Assembly (NCBI GenBank): GCA_023231475.1 | Contig: JALJEE010002292.1 | Coordinates: 62,001-102,098 of the forward strand | Reading direction: 5' to 3' | Length of the DNA: 40,098 nucleotides | From: Seison nebaliae | Lineage: Eukaryota | Part shown: positions 24,714 to 37,349 of the stretch, in pieces | Position numbering within the stretch: position 1 is the first letter of the stretch | Layout of the letters: every line of letters starts with the position of its first letter | Notes under the pieces: model-generated | Told to the model about the DNA's origin: nothing | Seen by the model: only the letters and a program-made list of their open reading frames with translations | The model's database searches: none | Made by a program: the position numbers and the translations under genes

Positions 24714-24910
24714 TATATTTTTAGGAAATTATTTTTAGATAAACAAAAAAATTTCTTCGATTCATAATCCAAATTATTTTTGATAAATCCAATAAAATTA
24801 ATTAGGAAATTACTCGAAAAATTATCCTCAAATCTTTCAAATGTTTATCCTCAAATTAATTTTATTGGAATAAAAAATTTTAATAATCGCCTGAAGAATC
24901 TCGAGATAGA
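24714..24910. promoter_or_regulatory. Probable bidirectional promoter between head-to-head V-ATPase E and AIP-like genes
   Basis: Only 197 nt separate the divergent ATGs. Contains a direct repeat TTATCCTCAAAT twice (~24822 and ~24846). Function is inferred from geometry only. Confidence 0.5.
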
Positions 24911-26220
24911 ATGAGTCAGAATCAACCCGTTTTCCAAATTCGCACAAAATATAACGAGAAAGATACGACGAATGAATATTGTATCCTAAAGCGAACGATA
25001 TCGAAAGACAATAATGTGAAATTGACAGGAAAAGATGACGACAAATATTTTTTCCATTTTAAAACTTCCTGTAAATTTGAGAATGATGGAGAGGTGATTA
25101 TTGATGATTCGGAATTATTCCATCGTCCAATGGAGTTGGTAATTGGTAGGAAGTTCCGTATGGAATATTTGGAAACGGCATTACTCTCAATGGAATTGAA
25201 TGAAATTTCTGATTTTAAGTTACATCCCGTCCACTCCATCAACTACATTCAAATGATAGGACCGATTCGTACCTTCCTCCAATATGGACATGACGTTCCG
25301 AAAGATGTTTCACGCAAACTACCCACCACTAAATGTTGCGCATCTGCTTTCCAAACGAAGAATAAAGAAGAGAAATCCTCATTGAATGATCAAGAGAAAA
25401 TCGATGAAAGAATCAAAGAAGAAATGCCTTCATTAACCATTAGATTAAGTTAAATATTATTCTTAAATTAGTTAAATATTTTTTCTCTATTTATATAGAG
25501 TTGGTGAAAGTGGAGAAAGAAGGGAAATATGAGAAACATGTCATGTTTCTTGAAACACAAGATAAAATGCAGAAAATAATCGAATTGAAAGAAGAAGGAA
25601 ATGAGAAATTCAAAGAAAAAAATTTCCCATTGTCAATTAAATCGTATGAGACTGCACTTAATCTTTTACAACAATTACGTGTAAATGAGAAACCGGGAAC
25701 GGAAGAATTTTTCACTCTCCAATTGAAGGAAATTCCTTTCTATAATAATCTTTCACAATCACATGTCAATCTGGAAAATTATTATGCAGCAATCTCATTT
25801 GCAGAACAAGTTCTGGCGATTGATCGTTTCAATATAAAAGCATTATATCGACTAATTTTATCTAATATTCATATCGGTTTGACAATTCCAAATTATTTCA
25901 AATTTTCATTTAATAATTTCTCTTTTTTAGGGAGATTTGATGAGGCGATGGAATCGATAAAGATTTATAAGAAAATTTTAATTTCTCAACAACTTTTCCC
26001 ACCTAAACTGGACGAAAATGACCAATTCTTCCACAGCATCAATGTGGATGATGTTCATTTGAAACCGACGATAAACAAGTTGCACGAACAACCGAAAATT
26101 GAGAAGAGCAAAGCCGATTCTTGTATAAAGTCGTTGCAATATTTGTGTAATTTATTCCAGAACGAAAAATCTTTACAGGATGAAATGGATAAAAAACGAT
26201 ATTCGAAAATCTTTAAATAA
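24911..26220 (+). CDS. AIP: AH receptor-interacting protein (AIP/AIPL1)-like FKBP+TPR co-chaperone, 401 aa. Exons 24911-25448, 25499-25876, 25931-26220
   Basis: FHFKT...IIDDS...PMELVIGRKFRMEYLE..L.SM, a CC motif, and TPRs (KEEGNEKFK, EKPGTEEF, NNLSQSH, NIKALYR). Confidence 0.9.
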
Positions 26221-26348
26221 AATTTTGTTTGTCCCACGAATTCGTTTCATCGGGAAAATTCTCTAAAATTCACTTTGGAAATTCAAATTTGAAAAATTAT
26301 TTAGTAAGCTTTGTGTTGATGAAAGGAGAAATTAATGGAATTTATAAA

Positions 26349-28031
26349 ATGTTCCAATTTAGAAAGAAGTTTCTGATAAGTCTCCGGAATTATTCGGAAA
26401 AGAAATGCATAAAAATTCCTTCGAAAATCGAAAGGAAATCTACCGATATCTTGAGCGGTTTAGCTTCCACCATCAAACCGGTGAATGATGCTCCTCATTA
26501 TATGTATGTGGATGATCCGTGGTTAATTCCTCGTAGTCTAATGGAGAAGAAAACTTACGCACTTTCAAAAATATCGGGAGAGAGGACTGCGGAATTTATT
26601 GGTGAGAATCACGAACTCTTCTTTCGGAGATCGACAGCAGATCCGAATTCGTTCGAATTCCAAACGAAATTTCCAAAATTTTCCGAAGAGAAATTAAACG
26701 GATATTCTTCCGACATTGAACTATTGTGGGATTTGATTAGTCACGGGAGATTATTGAAAACGAGTGAAATATATCTGAAAATGAAAGAGAAAAATGAAAA
26801 TTTCCTCAATTCCCAACCCGAATTATTAGAGACATTAATTTATTCACTTATACTTCATGGTAATGATGATTTCGATGGTGTCATTTACAAATCAAATGAG
26901 AATTTACTCGTGAAATGTTATGAACAAGAATTCTGGTTTAAACGGTCGATTGGTGCTCGATTGGCAAATTTGCACGATTTGAGAAATATTAATATTCTCA
27001 ATCAATTATTGGAGAGATCGTTCCACACACAAATCTTACCCAACACTTGGAACGACGATGGACCGGTAGATAAATTATTGAAATATTTTAATGAAGAAAA
27101 TAATGAAAAGAAAAATTTGGAATTAACTTCAGCGAGAATACGATTATTATCGAAGAATAATGAATCAGAGAAAATTGAAGAGATTTGGAAGAAGTTCCTC
27201 AAACATCATTCTCAAATCCAATCGATTGACATTGATACGATGAATGTTTTAATTCGAATGATTCCTCTCAATTATAATTATTATAACGAGAAAGAGGAAG
27301 AAATTAAACAATTTTTAAAATTATCTAAAACAAAATGTCAACTAAATTATACTTCAATCAAATCGTTATTGAATTCTTCACTTTATTCACTTCGTCGATC
27401 AGTGTCTCATCCGAAAAAAATCGCTTTCGCCTTACAACTTTTCGACGAATTTCAACGACATCAAATTCAACCTGATCTCGAGACATTTACTCATCTTTTA
27501 CTCATCTTTTATCCTCATTCAACAACGAACGACAGTATTCTCTTGGAAATTTTGGAGAAGATAGAGAAGAATTTCGAACAATTCCCAATTCGAACAGAAT
27601 ACGATTCTCAATTCTTCGCTGTCGCTATGAATCGATGTAATGTCTGTTTGAATGACGTTTTATTATGTGAGAGAATTCATGAATTATTTTTAAAATATCT
27701 TCAATCGTCAAGTGGATTAGAAGGATCGTTACCATTAATCGATGAAATCCAAACGATAATTTATTATTCGAATTATTTAAATTGTCAATTGGAGGAGAAA
27801 AGCTTTGAAGAATTCATGGAAATTTGGTCGGAATTAGTTCCTAATACTTTCTCTCCAAGTCCAATCTTTTTCGAGAAAGTGCTCAAACAAATGTTGAATG
27901 AAAAGAAGGAAGAATTTCGAGCGAAATTGAAATCTGACGCGAAATTGTTGGGATTTTTATCGGAGAGAAATAAAGACACTTTCATTGCCACTATTTTCGA
28001 CGATACGAAAACATTTGTTAATGAATCATGA
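26349..28031 (+). CDS. PTCD3: Pentatricopeptide repeat protein PTCD3 (mitoribosomal mS39), 560 aa, intronless
   Basis: IKIPSKIERKSTDILSGLASTI..APHYMYVDDPWLIP, ALSKISGERTA, PDLETFTHLLLIFY, DSQFFAVAM, LVPNTFSPSP. Presequence-like MFQFRKKFLISLRNYS. Confidence 0.92.
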   Translation: MFQFRKKFLISLRNYSEKKCIKIPSKIERKSTDILSGLASTIKPVNDAPHYMYVDDPWLIPRSLMEKKTYALSKISGERTAEFIGENHELFFRRSTADPNSFEFQTKFPKFSEEKLNGYSSDIELLWDLISHGRLLKTSEIYLKMKEKNENFLNSQPELLETLIYSLILHGNDDFDGVIYKSNENLLVKCYEQEFWFKRSIGARLANLHDLRNINILNQLLERSFHTQILPNTWNDDGPVDKLLKYFNEENNEKKNLELTSARIRLLSKNNESEKIEEIWKKFLKHHSQIQSIDIDTMNVLIRMIPLNYNYYNEKEEEIKQFLKLSKTKCQLNYTSIKSLLNSSLYSLRRSVSHPKKIAFALQLFDEFQRHQIQPDLETFTHLLLIFYPHSTTNDSILLEILEKIEKNFEQFPIRTEYDSQFFAVAMNRCNVCLNDVLLCERIHELFLKYLQSSSGLEGSLPLIDEIQTIIYYSNYLNCQLEEKSFEEFMEIWSELVPNTFSPSPIFFEKVLKQMLNEKKEEFRAKLKSDAKLLGFLSERNKDTFIATIFDDTKTFVNES

Positions 28032-29370
28032 ATTTTATGATAAAATAAAATTTTTTCTAATGTGATAAATTTATGTTGGAGTGTCGGTTTGACGACGAGT
28101 ACTCGATCATCAGAGGAGTGATGTAATCGAATTCTTTCAACTCTCCAAATTGCCAGTCGAAGAGAAAAGTGAAGTTGATGATGAAGGTGTTTAATGTGGA
28201 GAAGAGATTGGACGAGAAGATTTCCTTTTATGAAGTGACCAATTTTCTCACTTGGAGATAATTCTTCAGTAACTTTTGCGCGAGCATCTTCGAACCGACA
28301 AAGACCTTTTTTTCAACTTATTCCCGACCATCACTAGTATATGATCGAGAATGGTATGATCTGTGATTAGGAGGATATTGAAAACTCTTCAATCACTTTC
28401 CGACGTATCTCGAACGGTTTTTTTTTCAAAAATTTTCTTATACTCCAAAAGAAAAATTGGAGGAGATTTCATAGTAGAAATAGGAAGATAAAACGAATTT
28501 GAATGATTTAGAAGGGAAAAATTCTTTTGGAAAAAATATGTGGACTTCATAAAAATGTTTAATACAATTTTAATGATTTCTCTTTGTTTGCATGTTGTCG
28601 TTTCGTTATCGTCATCATTTGCCTTCCGAATGGGAAGGTATGGAATAGAATCTCTTCTAGAAGGAATTGGGCTGATATCAATTATTTGTTAGTGGATGGA
28701 ATGAGAAGGAATAATAGAAGACAGCTCACGAGATGTTGAAGGTAGAAATAACGAGGAATTCTTTTGTTATCCGTCGTCTCACGCATTCTGCTTCCTATTG
28801 TGATAGTCGACGATAGTTTATTTTGATAAGAGCACAGATGTAAATCGTTCGTTCATTCGTCAAATCGACCATTCATATTCGAAGGAATAATATTGTTCAC
28901 ACGAAGATACTTTTCTTTATCTTGTAGAGATGTAGAATATCAGATAGAGAAACATCATCCATGATTGTATTAATCATCTCGTTCCTCTTCCAATTGTCCG
29001 ATAAACAACGAAATGTTATTGTTGTCGTTCAAGAATAATATCTGTACAATAACTTATTTCGTTTGTTATTATTATCTTCCTCATTTGAAAGGTAAATGAT
29101 GAACTGGACGAAGAGTGCACAGAAAATGCACGGTTCTCCTTATTTTACTTGAACAGCGCAATCATCTCGTATGTTGATAGTGGCTTTGATGAAGTTCGTT
29201 TTGGTTAGTGAAATGAGATCTGTAGAATGGAAATAAGTTCACGGTTTATCTCGGTAACACCAGATGGGATGACGGTGATCCGTTTCTTTTCATTAGGGAG
29301 ATGATATTCCGATCGTCTCACTTCTCCTTGCCCGAATTTAAAATAAATATTTTAGATTTCCTTTCTACTC

Positions 29371-29380
29371 TCATCATTTG

Positions 29381-29412
<32 letters not shown>
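29371..29412 (+). repeat. (TCA)n microsatellite
   Basis: A run of about 10 TCA units flanked by TTTGATC on both sides. Confidence 0.9.
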
Positions 29413-29787
29413 TTGATCTAGTAATATAATATTGATAAACTTTCGTTACTTTAAACGAAAATTTATATTATTTAAATAAATTTTTTTTTCCAAATTAATT
29501 TCCATTGCTAAATGACGAAAAGGAGAGGAGAAGACGTGAAGAAGAAATGAGATAAAATAGAAATTTAATGAACGAATCAAAATTTTACATGGTTCACTAA
29601 TTGTACTCGAAAGGTGTAGGTCACAATTGGAAATGTGTCGTCTGCCTATATCTTGTTAATCGGAGCCTGCAGCCATTCTCACTAATTAGAGACGAGAGAG
29701 ATATGTCGTCGTTGGAAAGGTTGTTGAAGAGAAACAATTGCTTCACTTGAATTGTAGCAATCGCTCCGATTCAGTCGTTCCAACGTC

Positions 29788-29820
29788 AACGAACGAACGA
29801 ACGAACGAACGAATGAATGA
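29788..29820 (+). repeat. (AACG)n/(AATG)n microsatellite
   Basis: aacgaacgaacgaacgaacgaacgaatgaatga. Confidence 0.9.
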
Positions 29821-31714
29821 AGGAAACGTTTCAAACATTCCTCGATAATTGGTGAAGATGAAACGGAATTAACGACGGATTTTTTCCTGTTTGTTTTCCT
29901 TCTCGTTTGAAAGGAGTGATTCCGACGCGTCCGTTTATTTTCATTCTACTCGTTAGTTCAGTTCGATTGAAAGGCATTCTGATAATTGTTTATGTAATTT
30001 CTGTTTAGATTTCTGATAATTTCTTTCTGATAACGAATGAATTGCATAATCGCTGACATATTCATTTCGTTTCATTTCCTTCTTCTTTTTTATCATCATT
30101 CCAATTCTCCTAAATTAAAGAATTTTTTCAGAGGAGGAGAAAGCGGAAATTTTCACGTGGAAATATTATCGTTCCATTGTCTCTCAAACATGAAACATAT
30201 ATTTTCCGATATATAAATGAGATTTCTCACTATTTTTCTCATGATAATTCTACTGAGAAGTAGTTGGGATGGATAGCGCACGTCTAACTTTTTCCGTTTG
30301 AGTTCCTTCCAACTCAATTAACATGTGGAACGACAGGTGAATTGAAAGAGGAGGAATGGCATAAGTGGAACGTCTGAGGGAGATAAATAACAAATACTTT
30401 CCCTTTCGTTTCACTTCATTATTACATTCCTTATTCTGCCATGTGTCTTCATTATAATCCTGATGTCTTATCATAAAGTCGACGGTTGGAAAGAAGATGT
30501 TTATTGGAATCTCTTTCTCCAAATCATAATCTTCTTCTTTCCCCTAATGAACTATCAACATCAACATCGTTCTCTCTATCGAACAAATTGGAGATAGTTT
30601 CACCATTCTCCAGGTTTTTTTTCTTCAAAAAACTTTTCTTCGACAGAAATGAGAATGAACCATTTTAATTAGACGATATCTATCATCAATTAACCTGGAG
30701 AGAATTGTTGGTAGTATATTTCGAAATATTTCGTCAAACTCACATCGTCGTTTTTGACGGAAATTTTATGGTCTGATGATCTGATGCGGTTCCGTTAAGA
30801 TTTGTTGAGGAAAGATCTTGATTCCGGATTGTCTTCTCTTCGAAGCATTTCCCTTCCAGTCATCTATCACGAAGAAGAAAAATTATTTCATTCGAACACA
30901 AACGGTTTAATACTCAAGTAAATAATTGGCAATTAGATCAAATAGAGGAGCGAAAGGAAGGATGAGTAGTGAGAGACTACTAAATATTTAGTTGCGATAG
31001 GTATGATTGTTTGCCAATGGAAAGATGTTAACGATATGCCGCCAACTGTTAATATTCTTGTTTTTTTTTCGTCGAAAATACTTTGTCTATTTCTCGACAA
31101 CTATTTCTCCTTCTTTCCACACGTTCCATTCTCTGATTAATGAATTTAATCTTCGACCATCTCGTCAAGTGCTAGAGAAATGAATGCGAAGGAACTGATC
31201 GACGAAGTGAATTAAATAGAACGAATTGCAATGCATATCGTTCTCGTCTAGTCTGTCGATTATGCAAGTGAAAGATACTTAAAGGAATTTCGACAATATT
31301 TAATCTCCTCATTATTATATATTCAACAAGTAAATTCGTTAGTTAGCGAGCAAATTCTTCACAGTCATCCTACTCGTCGTTTATTCACAAGAAGAGAACG
31401 AAATTGCTTTTCCAATGCTCCATATTGAACGATTAACTCGAATTCGATCGTACTCTTTCATTACTTATCCATCTCCATCTTTCAAACGATATTTTTAAAT
31501 CTTCTTTTCTCTCTTATCATCTATTGATGATGACGTAGAATGATATGAATTTTAGGATCTAAATATTTATTATTATTTTAATATAACCTCATCATCAAAT
31601 CATCAAACATCATACACATTTCTAGCAGTTCACTTTCAAATTATATAATTAATTTTTATGGCTATTCTTTAAGAGTAGTAGACGAAGATAATCATTTATT
31701 TCCCCATAGAGATT

Positions 31715-34470
31715 ATGATTATGAATAAAGAGGAAGACGACTCGAAAGAATTGTCGAATTCTAATCAAATTTGTTTCTGTTGCAATTCACCAATTCTCGA
31801 CAAATGGGTCATGAACGTTGGCGACGAAACGTGGCACGAACAATGTCTCCGCTGTACGAAATGTAACGAATTATGTTCGTGGAAATGTTTCAATAAGAAC
31901 GGTCTCATCTTTTGTCCCAACGATTATTTCGAGTTTGAAAATTTTGTCCATTCAAAATTTCCTTTTCAATTTTCTACTTCAGAATCTTTCAAAACAATTC
32001 CAGAAATTTGAAGGAGTACCGGTCGGGAGAGGAAGATCGATTCCTTAATTTGTCATGTACGATTTGTGAAAAGATCTTCTTCCCATCCTCTACCGTCATT
32101 CAAACGAATAATCGACTATTCCATCATGAATGCTTCCGCTGTTCGCAGTGTGGCATGCAATTAAGGAAAGGCGATGAATTCGGTGTCATGTCAACAGATC
32201 GATCAGTCAAAATTCTTTGTAGCCAACATTATTTCCTTCAAACAGATGATGCTTCTCTTTCGCCATTGGAAACGATGAACAGAAATTCATCTTCATTCAC
32301 TGATTGGTCGTCGGAGAATTTATCGGACGTGCCTCATACCAAATTGGAAGACGGAGAGAAAGAGAATAAGTATAATAATGTAGAGAAACGGAAAATTTGT
32401 TCATCACACGAATGTTCTTCCCCGAAAAGTTTGTATAATTTTCCTTTCATTCTCCTATAAATATCTCCTCAATTCTTTCTCCTCTAAATATCTCCTCGAT
32501 TCTTTCTCTTCTAAACATCTCCTCAATTCTTTCTCATTATCTTCTCTAAAATTCATCAATCCAAATTTCTATTTATAATCTATATTGATCTCTCCGATTC
32601 ATTGGAATATTATTTGCGAAGAGCAACCTGTCCTCTTCTTAACGATAAACAAACATTCTTCCATTTCGTCGTGCCTTGACGACTTTTCTTTCTTTCCCAT
32701 ATGTTGACAATCGTTGAAAGTTTTTCGTGTTAATTCATTAATTAATTTGATGAGACTCCTGTCCAATGATGAGATAAGAACGTTAATAATCAGTTGAACA
32801 CTAAGAATTTGTTGATCCTCCTCCTTCCTTATCAGACGATTGACAGGCGTTATTTTCTCAATTAAATTTCTTATCATCACTTTCTCTCACGTCAATCAAT
32901 AAATATTGATGATTTTTAATGATTTAAAATAGATGCAAAAATTGATGAGAAGAATGAGAATAAGAAAGAACCATTAACTGAGATGGAAGAGAACAATAAT
33001 CTGTCAATGAAGAATTTCGTCAACGGCAATTTCTCTAATGATCCATTTCCATCTTCCGCACCATTTCTCCCACAAATACTCAGTAACGAACAAGAGAATT
33101 CGGGTACTTTCCAACCAGATATCAATAATGACGGATCCGTTGATCCTAATCATTTGCCATTTTTAATGGCATCGATAACATCGAATAATGGTAATAATAA
33201 TCCTCAAGGTCTCCCATCGTTTTTGGCATCTTTAGGTGCACCAAATCAGGGTTTGCCTCCGGCGTCCTTATTCTCTCATATGAATGCACAACATCCAGCT
33301 AGTCATCTCCATCAATCACTTTTACACAGTGTGACAACTGGAAATACTTTATTGGGCAATCATCATACACATATGAGCAACGCGAGACAAAAGCGAATGA
33401 GAACATCATTTAAACATCATCAATTGCGAATTATGAAAACTTATTTCCAATTGAATCATAATCCGGATGCTAAAGATCTCAAACAATTATCAACCAAAAC
33501 AGGTTTATCTAAACGAGTTCTACAAGTCTGGTTTCAAAATGCACGTGCAAAATATCGTCGAGGTGTAATGGCGCAAGAGGATAATGGGAAAGATGTGAAT
33601 AAAACATCAGAAAACGGTTGTTCGAATAATGAGGAAGATATTGAGAAGAATGATGAGGATAACTGTGAGGAACAGGAAATTTATGAAGAGGAGGACGAAG
33701 ATGAATCGAGTAGAAATCAGGAAGACGATAGAAAAACGGGAAATAAACGAAGAAAGATTAAAAATAAAAAATGTTTAAAGAAATCTAAAACGGATACGGA
33801 TAATCATCAAACTAATCATTTTGATGAATCAGATGACGATCTTATCAATGAGAGTGAAAGTAAACAATTGAACGAACTGAATTATTTGAATGAGATGATA
33901 AACAACGAGTCTCATTGCCCAACTAATCCATCAACCGATTCAAATATATATAATAATTTTTCTGCTACAACTCTATCTAATTCCGTCATGATTCCATCAT
34001 CTTCGTCTTCTATCACAACATTAACAACATCAACAATTACTCCATCAATACCAATTTCAATTATGAATAATAATTTCCAAAATTTCCCCACAATTACATC
34101 GGATGGAATTTCTTCTCATGAATTTATACCGAATCATTTAGTTCTCTCATCGTCATCCATCTCTGCTATTTCAACTTTGACACCATCCATCACTCCTCCC
34201 GTATTTGATGGAAATAATTATCCTATTCGCTCAAACAGTCAACAATTATTACCAGAAACAACAACCGACGTTTTCACACAAATGAGAAATGCATCGGGGA
34301 ATTATCTTGAACAATTTCATTTCAATTTACCGATTGATGAGAATAAATTCCATCCAAATTCCTTCTCACAATCCAATGTCGACCAATTCAAACCAGTTAG
34401 TAAAACGACTATTGATGATAACAATTCATCAACAATCTTTTCTCGGACTATGCTCCAACAAATCATGTAG
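31715..34470 (+). CDS. LHX2/9: LIM-homeobox transcription factor of the Lhx2/9 (apterous) class, ~733 aa. Exons 31715-31932, 31983-32428, 32933-34470
   Basis: Two LIM domains (CFCC...WHEQCLRCTKC...C..DY; CTIC...FHHECFRCSQC...LRKGDEFG...C..HY). Homeodomain QKRMRTSFKHHQLRIMKTYFQLNHNPDAKDLKQLSTKTGLSKRVLQVWFQNARAKYRR is diagnostic of Lhx2/9. Confidence 0.95.
32459..32540 (+). repeat. Intronic tandem repeat, 3 x 27 bp
   Basis: aaatatctcctcaattctttctcctct / aaatatctcctcgattctttctcttct / aaacatctcctcaattctttctcatta. Confidence 0.85.
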
Positions 34471-35637
34471 ACTGATGTGATCTTTTCCCAAGTCATGTCA
34501 AGTTGATTCTTCATCATTATTTATGAATTTATTGTTATTTAATTTAATTATTCAATATTGTGACTATATCGAAATAAAAATTCTTCTTCATTTCTCTTAT
34601 CTTCTGTCTTGTTTTTCATTTATGTCGGTATTTACATGTCGGTTTTTCAAAATCAAAAAATTTTTAGTTAGCTTTCAATATTAACGCAACATATTTTTTA
34701 CGATTCTTCATTACAAAATTCAGTTATCGAATGTTTTATTTAAATTGTTTAAATCTTTTGAAAGTTAGAAATTAACGTAAATATTTATTTTATTCTTCAA
34801 ATTATACTTTATTGAGATACCTTTTTTGCGATATACGACAGTCATTTCTTTTAAATTTAAATTAAATCGAAATATTTAATTAAATTCTAACACTTTTGGA
34901 TAATGTCTCCAGAATTCTTCTCTTCAACATGATCGGTTTTTATAGAGGTTGTGAACTTGGTCGACCCTTTGAACAGTTTGACGATACTTTAAGAAAAATA
35001 AGAAATTAATCCAACTTCTATAATTGTGTGCCGATGCCATTCCTTTGCCTGTTTCAAAATTTGTGGCAATGAAAAAATAGAATAATAAAATAGAAAACTT
35101 CATCTATTTTCTCAGTGGTTACTTCGGAACTCAAACCTTATTGCAAAAATTGAAGAATAACTAGCTAGGGCACGATATCTAGTGGATTCGACTGACTATG
35201 ACTTCGAGTATATTTTATTTTGTCGTTTATTCGACAACTAAAAATTAATGTCGAATTAAATTTATGTTTTCTTAATTGTGTGCCAAGTTCTTATTAGCTA
35301 TTGTTTATATCGACACTTCATTACTCAAAATTCCGTTATTTTTTTGAATTGTTCAAAAAAAAATTATTCAACTGAATTTTCCTTCGTTTTGAAATGTAGA
35401 TCGATCTACATAAAAAGTTTTAATAAATTTTCGTGAAGACAAACAGAGTTTAAAACATATTTTCAATTCCTTCAGAGGAAGTTCAGAGGACTGATTTTTC
35501 ACGTATTGATTCTCGTTCATCCAAATTTATTCAATTGAAAACATTTTTGCAGTTACAAATATCTTTTTCTTACCGGATAATTTGTGCACAAAATACTATG
35601 ACGATTTCAATAAAATTTTAAAAAACTGATGACTGGT

Positions 35638-37349
35638 TTAATTTAATTTTCTTTTATTTTCTATTAAATGGTATTCTTTAAATAAAAAAGATTCTTGCTC
35701 ATATTTACATTTTTGATAATTGGAAAATAATTCAATGGGATAAGCACAACTCACACTCATATAACCTCTTGTCATTCGTTGTTGTACTTGAATAAATTCA
35801 GACCATTCGTCAAGTGTTTTTAAATCGAATTGTTTCTTATATTCATTCTTGAAAGTATTTGTTCCATTATAATTTTTGAAGAGTAACGATCTCATGGGTT
35901 CATAATCTTTAATGAAATTATCTGACAATTTTTCAACTTTCATCCAATATCTAAAATTATGAGAATGTCAATTGAAAGGAGCAAGTTTAAGATAAACTTA
36001 TTTGATTGAAAGACAAAAATAAAATCACCAGCACAAAAATGACCGATATTTTTCCGTCCATAATAAATACCATAAAGAAGTGACATAAAATAATCTTTCC
36101 ACGAGTAATAAGTAGTGGTCGGTGGACAAAGAGTTTTCGGGTGATATGATGAACATAATAAGAGACATGCTGATTTATACCTGTCAATTTTGTTTTGTAA
36201 AAAGTTTTTCTGAGGAAAATAAATAAATGAAAAAATTTAAGAAAATTTATTGAATTTAATTGTTGAATTAATTAATTAACTGATATAATTGAAGAATCGC
36301 CGTTAGATTTTGTTGGAAAGTCATAACCAAATTGAACTTTATTAATTTTGGACCATTCTCTCAGAATTTGGGGTTGGAGAAATTGTCGGACATTCGTCCT
36401 CAGACCCAAATCAAATGGGTTATCATTCTCATAATGACAAATGATTGATTCGTGAAATAATTGATAATCAGATTGAGCGGTCAATTTTTTCCATTTTTCA
36501 ACATTTTTAAATAAATTCCATAAGTTGAATTTAACAATTTTGTCATTGATCGAATTGACCACCAATGACTCAGTCAATGTCAAATTAATTGTGATAGTAA
36601 AGAACTAAAATTGTTAAAGAAATTATGGAAAAGTTAATTAGATCCAAACTTGCCATAACAATAAATTTCCGGTGAATAAAATTACTCCGATACATTCGAA
36701 GATAGTTAATAAATTATTTAATTTGAATATTACCCGAATTGATTCTGGAACTTCGTCTTCTAACTTTAAAACTATTCGCTCGACAATAAACAAATATATT
36801 AAACTGCATAGACCCAATACATCAGAACGTAATACAGTCCTACTGACGTGTTGATTGTTGCGAATAAAATGAAGAGGAAATATTCTTTGAAATTCAGGAT
36901 AGCAACACAATTGTTAATTGCAGGACAATGATGATCGAATCGCGGACGACATCTACATTAATGAAAAAATGAAAATTTTCAAATAAAAATTTTTTGAACA
37001 ATTTACATTTGGTGCAATGATATGCTCTTGGTGGTATGAATCCGTTACAATGGTTACACCATTTCAACTTCAATTTATTCTCTTCGTTGTACTGAAAAAA
37101 TTAATGAAATTGCTGAAATATCAATAGTAATGTAACTGATTTCCATCCTTTACGTATTTGACCAGGAGCAGAAAAGACTGAACGATAATAAAAGATGTAA
37201 ACGAGTGCTAAACATATCAACGAGTAAAGATGTGCGCACCAATAATGGATGAATGAATATTCAATCAACAATTGAGTACACATGGCCGAAATGCCGATAT
37301 GAGTAATTTCATACGAAACGATATAAATTGCAAGATCATCTAATTTCAT
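35638..37349 (-). CDS. ZDHHC6: DHHC palmitoyltransferase, ZDHHC6-like, 471 aa. Exons 37349-37137, 37091-37000, 36952-36805, 36763-36650, 36604-36281, 36209-35998, 35950-35638
   Basis: APGQIRKGWK, WCNHCNGFIPPRAYHCTKCKLCRPRFDHHCPAINNCV, NLTLTES, NPFDLGLRTNVRQF, and a C-terminal SH3-like region (GDFIFV..YW...RGYMSVSC) as in ZDHHC6. Family call is secure; orthology is less so. Confidence 0.85.

Noticed and set aside
26229..26348. N-terminal extension of PTCD3 from TTG 26229
   Set aside because: Non-ATG start 8 nt after the AIP stop. ATG 26349 gives a presequence-like N-terminus, although ATG 26319 cannot be excluded.
30250..32880. ORFs 30250-30522, 30486-30668 and intronic antisense ORF 32599-32880
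   Set aside because: Short, with no recognisable motifs and no convincing splice partners.
34704..35357. Imperfect direct repeats CTTCATTAC(TC)AAAATTC.GTTAT about 610 nt apart as mobile-element ends
   Set aside because: Short and AT-rich, with no target-site duplication, terminal inverted repeats or coding remnant visible.
35987..36187. ORF-track protein MTGINQHV... as a ZDHHC exon
   Set aside because: Wrong frame. Phase-compatible splicing uses another open frame (KNFLQNKIDRY...GDFIFVFQSNK).
9291..37349. Stop-codon reassignment, frameshifting or pseudogenisation to explain the fragmented ORFs
   Set aside because: Every break in the recognisable genes is resolved by a GT-AG intron that restores conserved motifs under the standard code.
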